DNA from: a virus
Lineage: Duplodnaviria > Heunggongvirae > Uroviricota > Caudoviricetes
Length of the DNA stretch: 17,248 bases
Virus record (IMG/VR): IMGVR_UViG_2778261313_000007
Direction: 5' to 3' (one strand)
Of this stretch, positions 9,093 through 15,275 are shown one piece after another. The number at the start of each line of letters is the position of its first letter. Within the stretch, counting starts at the first letter, position 1. The notes beneath the pieces were generated by a model. It made no database searches. It saw only the letters and a list, made by a program, of their open reading frames with translations, and was not told the DNA's origin. The position numbers and the translations under genes are program-made.

Positions 9093-10997
9093 TTAGAACG
9101 ATGTTACCCAGCTACGGCCTCTATTTGGGCGTCTGGCGATGTTTTGACGTTGTGGTCGTGTGATTGGCTTAGTTTCTTCGATTTGCTCGTCAGATTGCGT
9201 TTCAGGAGCTTTTACGGGTTCTTCTGGTTCACGGTTCAAACTATCTTTGATGGCTTCGAGTTTTTCCCATGACATTTTATTGAGTACATGGCGAGAAGCA
9301 GCATAGGAATAAGCCAGGCAGTCGAGAGCCTCGTTTCGTTGCTGACCAACTTTTACCCAACGTGTGGTATTACCCTGCCGTTTCAACTGTTCAGAAAGCA
9401 ATTGCTCGCAATAGTCATCAGGAACGTCACCAATCTGGAAGACAGTATGAGGATCGCCATCTCTCAAGTTCCGGTTAATCATTTCACGGATCATCGTCTT
9501 AAGGTTGTTTACGCCCAGAATTTTGAGAGTAAAACCGCCCGTTCTTGTGTCCTTAGCCGGAAGGATTGGAGCATCAGCATTACTTGCGCCTTTAATGGCG
9601 CATAGGTTTTGCCACCTAGTGCAAAAACGGTAGATCACGTTTGTAGCTCGTCCGTTCGATGAGTCCACGAAAGCAGATAGCATCGGGATTCGTTCACCGG
9701 ATCGGGTATAGAATTTCGCTTTCAGGAAGTTATAAAGCTGGTCATATGCTGGTGATTCGTGGCGTTCGCAGTTCACATCATAGAATGATCGGTGATCAAC
9801 TACGCATATCCCCTTACGAGAGATACCCAGCAAGGTAGATTCCAGACGGTCTTTTTGCTGGTCAACTCCACCTACCAGAGCCAGTACATCATCAGGAATA
9901 TTGTCTAGGCTAATATCAGTTTTCAGCGTTTCCAGTTCGTCGGCTGTGCGATCTTCGTTAAGATCATCGAAGGTTTCACCGAGGACTGTATTGTAGAACG
10001 TTGCTAGTGACATATTCGCGTAGCTATCAGCAAAGTCCACCACACACGCACGGATAGAACTAAACGGAGACATAAGGCGGTTAGCATGAAAACCGATTAC
10101 TTCCGCATTTGGTTCCGTAGCAATCCATTCACCTTGAGCAACAGCACGTAGGCGATCCCCTTCTGTCCAATCAGTTTCACATGACGGGCAACGATAAACG
10201 GCAGTATCTGGATTCGGCAGTGATTTACAGTTAATCGTATGCCAATCAAAGAAAACTCTACTCCATTCCATTACGTGCTTGTGTCCGCAATGCTGGCAAA
10301 CGACATGATATTTTCTCTTATCCGAGAGTTCCCATTGTTGGTTAATCGCCCCATCACGAGCGGTTGGAGTGGAAGCAATTACGATCCTTGCATCTTCCCC
10401 GAAAGTGGTTGCGCGTTGTTCCGCTAGCTGGATCGGGTTCCCTTCGTCTGACTCATCAGCCGCATCAACTTCATCAAGAATAATCAAAGGGAGTGTTTTA
10501 CCGCGAAGATGTGACGGACTATTCAACGACATGAAATACATAAACGATCCGTTACGAAGCTGAATAATCGATGAGTTGTTAACGGCATTGCGATCTGATT
10601 TGTCGGTGATCATCGCCTTTAATTCTGGTGTTGCCTCTAATACTGGCTTCACCTTACCAGCGATCCAGCTATTCAACTCGCGGACATTCGATTGCAACAC
10701 CCCGATATTAGTAGGGTTACTCGCGATCCGATGGAAGATAATTCCGTTAAGAATCATGGTCTTACCCAACTGCGCCGAACATTTAAACACAATTTTTCTA
10801 CGGTCTTCGGTGATCGCGTCCATCATTCCACGTTGGAAGGGATGCAATTTAATTAGCGATCCGGCTTTAACACCATCGGTCGCAACTACATTAGCCTCTA
10901 CCCATTCGCTAGGTTTCATGGTTTTAGGTGGACGAATTGCAGCAGAGATATTTTTGAGAATCTTTTTTAATTTTGCCTTATTAGAAATCAGTTTCAT
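9093..10997 (-). CDS. terL: terminase large subunit (GpA-like)
   Basis: ATG 10995-10997 with GAGGGT SD, stop TAA 9093-9095. 634 aa. Deviant Walker A KCSAQLGKT, Walker B LPLIILDEVDA, Cys pair motifs CQHCGH...CPSC (zinc-ribbon-like), and a C-terminal acidic nuclease-like region. First gene of the structural operon. Confidence 0.85.
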   Translation of the reverse strand: MKLISNKAKLKKILKNISAAIRPPKTMKPSEWVEANVVATDGVKAGSLIKLHPFQRGMMDAITEDRRKIVFKCSAQLGKTMILNGIIFHRIASNPTNIGVLQSNVRELNSWIAGKVKPVLEATPELKAMITDKSDRNAVNNSSIIQLRNGSFMYFMSLNSPSHLRGKTLPLIILDEVDAADESDEGNPIQLAEQRATTFGEDARIVIASTPTARDGAINQQWELSDKRKYHVVCQHCGHKHVMEWSRVFFDWHTINCKSLPNPDTAVYRCPSCETDWTEGDRLRAVAQGEWIATEPNAEVIGFHANRLMSPFSSIRACVVDFADSYANMSLATFYNTVLGETFDDLNEDRTADELETLKTDISLDNIPDDVLALVGGVDQQKDRLESTLLGISRKGICVVDHRSFYDVNCERHESPAYDQLYNFLKAKFYTRSGERIPMLSAFVDSSNGRATNVIYRFCTRWQNLCAIKGASNADAPILPAKDTRTGGFTLKILGVNNLKTMIREMINRNLRDGDPHTVFQIGDVPDDYCEQLLSEQLKRQGNTTRWVKVGQQRNEALDCLAYSYAASRHVLNKMSWEKLEAIKDSLNREPEEPVKAPETQSDEQIEETKPITRPQRQNIARRPNRGRSWVTSF

Positions 10998-11040
10998 GTA
11001 ATTACCCTCATTACGAAATATGAAGGTATTTATTAAATTG

Positions 11041-11070
11041 TTGATATTTTGATAAATACGGTATTAAGAT
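11041..11070 (+). promoter_or_regulatory. candidate sigma70 promoter for the 11084 operon
   Basis: TTGATA at 11041-11046 followed by TTAAGA/TAAGAT-like -10 candidates at 17-18 bp. Weak -10, so low confidence. Confidence 0.3.
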
Positions 11071-11083
11071 TTAAGGAGGGTGT

Positions 11084-11680
11084 ATGCTAATTAATCAGCA
11101 AGAAAGAGATGAATTAGCCTTGTCTTGTACCGATCATGAATATCGTTTGCCAGTAAAACATAAGCACTTAAAGACCGATTACACTACATCCGGTTTTAGT
11201 CGCGAAGAAGCGAAAGAGATTTTAATCGAGTTGTATCGCGATCATGGGTATACCGATATTCACAACTTCTTTAAGAAGCATAGAACATCACATACAGAGT
11301 TTCGGAGAGTCCGAGATTGGTTTGATTTTGATATCAAGCGTTATTATCGCATTGATGACGGTCCTATCTATCGGTTGCAGTGGAAGCCGATCCGAGAAGT
11401 GTTGAAACAGAAGAGATTGAATCACGCTATTACACGCTATCGTAACGAGGCTTTCAAGAAAGGCTATGGTGATACAAGGGAACTATTCGTTGAACTCGCT
11501 AACGTGAAGTACAGCCACTATTACAACGATCCTAAATCCTTCTTTGAAGTGCTTCGCAAGGTTGATATAAGTCGGGGTACATACTATTCACGGTTGAAGA
11601 AGTACGGGATTAAGGCAGAGTTCTTTATGTCGGTTGACGATGGAGAACTTTTTCCGATAAAATGTAAGTCCTCTAAATAA
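11084..11680 (+). CDS. DNA-binding protein with C-terminal helix-turn-helix (resolvase/IS-type HTH-like); regulator or possible small terminase
   Basis: ATG 11084 preceded by AAGGAGGG SD. 198 aa. C-terminal DISRGTYYSRLKKYGIK matches the HTH-like motif shared with the two small proteins at 11715 and 14977. Divergent from terL. Confidence 0.55.
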   Translation: MLINQQERDELALSCTDHEYRLPVKHKHLKTDYTTSGFSREEAKEILIELYRDHGYTDIHNFFKKHRTSHTEFRRVRDWFDFDIKRYYRIDDGPIYRLQWKPIREVLKQKRLNHAITRYRNEAFKKGYGDTRELFVELANVKYSHYYNDPKSFFEVLRKVDISRGTYYSRLKKYGIKAEFFMSVDDGELFPIKCKSSK

Positions 11681-11714
11681 AAGTGAACATTCACTTTAAT
11701 TTGGAGAAATGACT

Positions 11715-11942
11715 ATGACTACTAAAACTACTCGCGGTCGTCCTGCCCGTTTTAACGCTGAACAAATGGCTGATATTGCCTACGCTTATTATACAGCGGA
11801 TCGTGGTAAGGAAGCGAAAGAACAGATTCTTAGTGAACATGGGATTTCAATTGCCCAATTCTATAAGAATATGAAGAAGTTAGACATTAAATTCTATGTT
11901 CAGATCGGTGATGGTCAGATCGTAGAAGCAACAGGTTTTTGA
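11715..11942 (+). CDS. small DNA-binding protein (AT-hook-like RGRP N-terminus plus HTH-like C-terminus)
   Basis: ORF-track ORF starts at 11709, but the GGAG SD at 11703-11706 is better spaced for the second ATG at 11715 (MTTKTTRGRPAR...). Motif GISIAQFYKNMKKLDIK is paralogous to 14977..15159. Followed by a strong terminator. Confidence 0.45.
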   Translation: MTTKTTRGRPARFNAEQMADIAYAYYTADRGKEAKEQILSEHGISIAQFYKNMKKLDIKFYVQIGDGQIVEATGF

Positions 11943-11957
11943 GTTTTGATTCTCTTT

Positions 11958-11981
11958 GCCACTCTTCGGAGTGGCTTTTTT
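11958..11981 (+). terminator. rho-independent terminator ending the 11084-11942 operon
   Basis: GCCACUC-UUCG-GAGUGGC followed by UUUUUU. Confidence 0.7.
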
Positions 11982-12056
11982 GTATCTATAGGGTTGTCCA
12001 AAACGCCATCGGCGAGTTGGTGGAAGATGGCGCGAAAAGTCGCGTGATGTAGGTAT

Positions 12057-12082
12057 GAAAAAGCCCCGCACGAGGCGAGGCT
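12057..12082 (-). terminator. rho-independent terminator downstream of rha
   Basis: Minus-strand RNA AGCCUCGCCUCGUGCGGGGCU followed by UUUUU. Near-duplicate of the capsid terminator sequence at 4732-4758. Confidence 0.6.
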
Positions 12083-12090
12083 AAAAATTA

Positions 12091-12906
12091 TTACAGTCCG
12101 AAGACTTCCAGTGATCCAACATTCTGGCGGAGACGTTCAGCCGCTTTATTTTGAATCAGAATAGTGTTGTTCGGCTTAGGAAGATTCAGAGTTGCTTTTT
12201 GTTCTTCTTCCAGAACACCCAATTCAACCAGCACCGGAAGCACATCAACAGTAAACTCAAGCTGGTAGTGAGCATTCATGCGGCAGAAAGACAGAGAAGA
12301 GTCATTAGCAACATACCCACACGGCTTGTTATTTTCATCATAGACGCGCTCAATGTATCCAGCAGTACGTAAGGCCGTCAGTGCTTCTTTAACCTTCGTA
12401 GCGCCCTTTTTAGCGCCTAACAGACGTGTCATTGAATGGCTGTCTACAGACTTACGAACATGAAGTTCAATCAGCTTTTTATTTTCACGAGTTTTCTTTA
12501 ACGCCAGTTCGATCCAGTCGGTTTCTTCAAAGTCTGCATACGGGTTAACGGCTAAACGTTCCTGACGCAGTTTTTCATTTTCTTCTTTCAGTCGTTTCCA
12601 TTCCTGAATAACGATCATTCGACGCTTAACATCGTAACCAGTGACAAGAGTCAGCGTCATTTCTTCGTCAAGGTGATATTCGGTTTGTTCACGTCCACAC
12701 TGATCAAGATAGGTGCGCTCAAAACTGAGCACATCTAATTCCAGAGCATCGAGCATGGATTTAATATCACGTTTAACGTTTTTATGCTCTTTTCCGGTAA
12801 ATTCAGCGATCTGACGAGAAGACATGGTCAGCGGTTTGGTGTTATCAACAACCAGAGACACGGAAGCAGGTTTAATAGCAGTATTCATAGTAGTAACAGT
12901 ATTCAT
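12091..12906 (-). CDS. rha: Rha-family phage regulatory protein (antirepressor-like)
   Basis: ATG 12904-12906 with AAGGGG SD, stop TAA 12091-12093. N-terminal MSSRQIAEFTGKEHKNVKRDIKSML matches the Rha (pRha) N-terminal domain signature. Followed by a minus-strand terminator. Confidence 0.75.
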   Translation of the reverse strand: MNTVTTMNTAIKPASVSLVVDNTKPLTMSSRQIAEFTGKEHKNVKRDIKSMLDALELDVLSFERTYLDQCGREQTEYHLDEEMTLTLVTGYDVKRRMIVIQEWKRLKEENEKLRQERLAVNPYADFEETDWIELALKKTRENKKLIELHVRKSVDSHSMTRLLGAKKGATKVKEALTALRTAGYIERVYDENNKPCGYVANDSSLSFCRMNAHYQLEFTVDVLPVLVELGVLEEEQKATLNLPKPNNTILIQNKAAERLRQNVGSLEVFGL

Positions 12907-12997
12907 AGTAAAAATTCCCCTTAAACGGTTTAGTGATTTGGTCCTCCTAGTTCCGGCAGCATCACCGGAACAATTTTATTTATAAGAAGTTTTTATC

Positions 12998-13144
12998 TCA
13001 TTTAGATTCAGCAATCGCGCGATCAATTTCTTCTTGAATGCGACGCTGGCGTTCATGGAAGTCAACCATTGAGAAATTCAGGTTTGGGGTCCACGGTTTG
13101 CGGTTCGGGGTTTTACGTCCATCAATTTTCTTAGTAGTGTTCAT
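12998..13144 (-). CDS. small basic protein (48 aa), first gene of the rha operon
   Basis: Below the ORF-track size cutoff. ATG 13142-13144 preceded by AAAGAGGA SD. Protein MNTTKKIDGRKTPNRKPWTPNLNFSMVDFHERQRRIQEEIDRAIAESK. Sits directly downstream of a TTGACA-17-TATGAT promoter with palindromic operator. Confidence 0.35.
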   Translation of the reverse strand: MNTTKKIDGRKTPNRKPWTPNLNFSMVDFHERQRRIQEEIDRAIAESK

Positions 13145-13202
13145 AATTAACATCCTCTTTACAAATCTAGGTCAAATAGGATCAAAGTTGTCAAGTGCGA
13201 TA

Positions 13203-13231
13203 ATCATAAAAAAGTCAGAAATTTTTGTCAA
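13203..13231 (-). promoter_or_regulatory. sigma70-like promoter for small ORF plus rha
   Basis: On the minus strand, TTGACA (complement of 13226-13231), a 17-nt spacer, then TATGAT (complement of 13203-13208). Embedded in the TTGTCAA/TTGACAA operator-like palindromes. Confidence 0.5.
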
Positions 13232-13266
13232 TGCCCCTTGACAAGACGCCAAGGGGTTGACCTAAC

Positions 13267-13734
13267 TTACAGCATATCTAAGCCTTCGTCGTAACCGTAG
13301 AAGCCATTCTGAGAAGAAAAACAGATTGGTGCGTAGTCGTCGTCATCTTCGTCTTGTTCATCTTCTTCTGGGGCTTCCTGAGCGGTTTCTTTGCCGTAGT
13401 TAAACATTGCTTCATCCAGTTCATAGACAGTAACGAAGCTACCCAGGTCAATGTCACCGGAACGGACTTCAAACGGAAGATCATCACGAACAATAATTGC
13501 TGGTAGATCCTGGTACTTTAAGCGTTCTTCATCGGTGAAGACGTTAACAACAATGGTCGGCTTCTTATTACGGTAAAACGCATACCATGCACTAGAGAAA
13601 TGGGATTCATCAGAGTTGAAAAGGATGTTATAACCACGTTCACGGAACATCTTCATTAACTTGTCATTGTGGAAGCTATCAGAATCCAGACCCAGAAGGA
13701 TAAAAGGAGTAGTGGTAGTCATCTTGTGGTTCAT
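13267..13734 (-). CDS. hypothetical protein with strongly acidic C-terminal tail
   Basis: ATG 13732-13734 with AGAGGA SD. 155 aa. C-terminal EAPEEDEQDEDDDDYAPICF... resembles the acidic tails of SSB-like or DNA-mimic proteins. First gene leftward of the large control region. Confidence 0.55.
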   Translation of the reverse strand: MNHKMTTTTPFILLGLDSDSFHNDKLMKMFRERGYNILFNSDESHFSSAWYAFYRNKKPTIVVNVFTDEERLKYQDLPAIIVRDDLPFEVRSGDIDLGSFVTVYELDEAMFNYGKETAQEAPEEDEQDEDDDDYAPICFSSQNGFYGYDEGLDML

Positions 13735-13934
13735 AGTGGAAATCCTCTAAAAGAAAGTGAATCAATCTAATATTATTTATAAAGAGAAAATTCTTGTTAT
13801 TATGAAAGGTGATTGTATTCAGTCGGGCAAAGCCCTCCTTCATAGATTTTGAATAAATCATCATCAAAACGAAGAAGTATCTTTAGAATATAAGAATCTT
13901 TCTTTTGGAGAAATAATAATCAGGAAGCAATTTG

Positions 13935-13963
13935 GCAACCGAAGGTTGCAATCCCGAAGGGAT
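13935..13963 (-). other. tandem UUCG-type hairpins
   Basis: Two adjacent inverted repeats: GCAACC-GAA-GGTTGC (13935-13949) and ATCCC-GAA-GGGAT (13951-13963). On the minus strand both read as C(UUCG)G tetraloop hairpins. Confidence 0.4.
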
Positions 13964-14089
13964 AACCAATACCTTTCTAGAAAGTGATTGTTACTCACTT
14001 CGTTCGTTTACTAGAATCAGTTAGTAACTAGTATTAAATCCCTTTCTGAGAAAATCCTTTCAAAAGCGAGTGAACGCCGTAGGTGTGAA

Positions 14090-14169
14090 CGTGAGCGAAG
14101 CGAACTATCCAATCCCTTTCGAATCCTGCTTGCAGGTCTTAGAAGGTGTTGATGGGCGCTTCGCGCACG
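14090..14169. repeat. extended imperfect dyad symmetry centred on a CCTGC-TT-GCAGG palindrome
   Basis: Arms CGTGAGCGAAGCG (14090-14102) and CGCTTCGCGCACG (14157-14169) are reverse complements with one mismatch. The midpoint coincides with the palindrome at 14125-14136. Partial symmetry extends out to about 14073-14180. Confidence 0.6.
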
Positions 14170-14310
14170 GCTACGCCGTATTCTTTTTGCGAGATCTTTC
14201 TTGAACGTAGTGAGAGAAAACGAGCAAAAAGGAGAACGTTAGTTCGAATTTTATATTCTATGGTCTGTGTGGTGAAATGTCTTTCAAGATCATACACTTA
14301 TGAGATTGAA

Positions 14311-14407
14311 GTGTAGGGTTAGTGTAGGTGTGTAGGTGTTATAGTGTAGGTTTACTGGCTAGTGTAGTGTAGGCCAATCCCTTTAAAGCGTAGGTTTGTA
14401 GTGTAGG
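14311..14407. repeat. cluster of seven direct GTGTAGG(T) repeats (iteron-like)
   Basis: Six exact GTGTAGG copies starting at 14311, 14322, 14330, 14344, 14367 and 14401, plus the variant GCGTAGG at 14388. All in the same orientation, 8-23 bp apart, immediately left of an AT-rich tract. Confidence 0.7.
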
Positions 14408-14413
14408 TTTTTC

Positions 14414-14430
14414 ATCAAAAATTTTGATAG
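14414..14430. repeat. 15-bp palindrome ATCAAAAATTTTGAT (operator-like), copy 1
   Basis: Perfect palindrome at 14414-14428. The 15-mer CAAAAATTTTGATAG (14416-14430) recurs exactly at 14565-14579. Confidence 0.6.
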
Positions 14431-14515
14431 AAAATTCTTGTATATTATTTAACCAGAAAATCACCAAAAACCGCTGTAAATGCATGATTTAAAAAGAATT
14501 ATCAAAAGGTCGTCG

Positions 14516-14524
14516 TGCTATAAT
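14516..14524 (+). promoter_or_regulatory. extended -10 promoter candidate
   Basis: TGcTATAAT (TG at 14516-14517, TATAAT at 14519-14524). The -35 is weak. Confidence 0.4.
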
Positions 14525-14564
14525 AGGTTATAAAGGTTGATAATCGTTATCCGCCATTTTCACA

Positions 14565-14579
14565 CAAAAATTTTGATAG
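14565..14579. repeat. copy 2 of the CAAAAATTTTGATAG element
   Basis: Exact 15-nt direct repeat of 14416-14430, lying about 25 bp upstream of the -35 of the strong plus-strand promoter. Confidence 0.6.
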
Positions 14580-14604
14580 TCATTTCTCGCTTAGATCAAG
14601 TGTA

Positions 14605-14633
14605 TTGACAACTATCAAGGATTATTTTATACT
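14605..14633 (+). promoter_or_regulatory. near-consensus sigma70 promoter
   Basis: TTGACA (14605-14610), a 17-nt spacer, then TATACT (14628-14633), directed toward the 14977-16529 genes. Confidence 0.6.
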
Positions 14634-14921
14634 TTTTCTCGTTGGTAGGGGTTGAAATTTTCGAAACAATCCCCATATTGATGATACGCAAGATTTTTTC
14701 GTGTATAAATACATGCATGAAAATGATTGTTCACTTCTGAAAATCCCCTGATTCACTGTTAATTCATACAGCACTGGCTAAACATACAGTACTTATTCGA
14801 TTGAATAATGTACGAATTGATTAATTATTAATCTTCTCTTTAGCAATTCGTGCTCCCACTGATCGGATATACAGTGGTTTTACAGGGTTTTTCGAAAAAC
14901 ATTTTATAAATAGAATTGTTC

Positions 14922-14941
14922 AGAGCAAAAAGCTCTTTTTT
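14922..14941 (+). terminator. weak hairpin plus T-run just upstream of the 14977 RBS (attenuator or leader terminator candidate)
   Basis: AGAGC-AAAAA-GCTCT followed by five to six T residues. Short AU-rich stem, so low confidence. Confidence 0.3.
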
Positions 14942-14976
14942 AAGAAATCATTATTCCAGATTTAGGAGGATATAAG

Positions 14977-15159
14977 ATGGCACGACCTGTTAAGTTCACT
15001 CGTGAAATCGTTTTAGAAATGGCAAAGCGTTATTTTGAACTGACACCTGATGTAGTGATGGGTGAATGGTTTAAAGGTGAAGGTATTGATCAATCAACCT
15101 TCCACAAACTCTTAAAGAAGTATGACATTAAAGTAAAGATTACCGCCGAGGTCTGGTAA
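14977..15159 (+). CDS. small DNA-binding protein (HTH-like), paralog of 11715..11942
   Basis: ATG 14977 preceded by AGGAGGA SD. 60 aa. N-terminal ARPVKF and C-terminal GIDQSTFHKLLKKYDIK align with the other two HTH-like proteins. Confidence 0.5.
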   Translation: MARPVKFTREIVLEMAKRYFELTPDVVMGEWFKGEGIDQSTFHKLLKKYDIKVKITAEVW

Positions 15160-15203
15160 TAACCTTTCACTGAGAATTATATGATGGCTTTAAAAATAAA
15201 AAA

Positions 15204-15231
15204 GCCTCCCTGTTGGCGCAAGGAGGCTTTT
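15204..15231 (+). terminator. terminator-like hairpin between 14977..15159 and the acidic-protein gene
   Basis: GCCTCC (15204-15209), a 12-nt loop, GGAGGC (15222-15227), then TTTT. Confidence 0.45.
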
Positions 15232-15275
15232 GATATGAACAATTAAACTAACACAGAGCATTCAGGAGTATTTAT

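Noticed and set aside
7733-11001. Short ORFs inside portal and terminase (7733..7918, 7871..8074, 8278..8565, 8684..8881, 9288..9605, 10239..10427, 10369..10563, 10576..11001)
   Set aside because: They are embedded in longer, motif-supported genes and have no independent translation signals.
10998-11083. Sigma70 promoter for the late structural operon upstream of terL
   Set aside because: No convincing -35/-10 pair on the minus strand. Late operons are often activator- or sigma-factor-dependent, so the absence is unsurprising and I do not call a promoter.
11880-13867. ORFs 11880..12071, 12151..12372, 13038..13241, 13278..13493, 13679..13867
   Set aside because: They overlap terminators, promoters or the better-supported rha, small-ORF and acidic-protein genes, and lack an RBS. 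13038..13241 is antisense to the 48-aa gene and its promoter.
14109-14136. tRNA-like T-loop motif TTCGAATCC
   Set aside because: The flanking sequence cannot form a T-stem or the rest of a cloverleaf, and no acceptor stem or anticodon arm is evident.
14152-14316. 53-codon plus-strand ORF (MGASRTATPYSFCEIFLERSERKRAKRR...) inside the control region, with a GAAGG SD-like sequence upstream
   Set aside because: It spans the right arm of the dyad and runs into the GTGTAGG repeats, and uses rare codons (AGG, AGA, CGA). I think it is more likely a by-product of structured non-coding DNA, but ribosome profiling could revive it.
14311-14407. Possible CRISPR array
   Set aside because: The repeat unit is only 7 bp with irregular 8-23 bp spacing, far from the 24-48 bp repeats and regular spacers of CRISPR.
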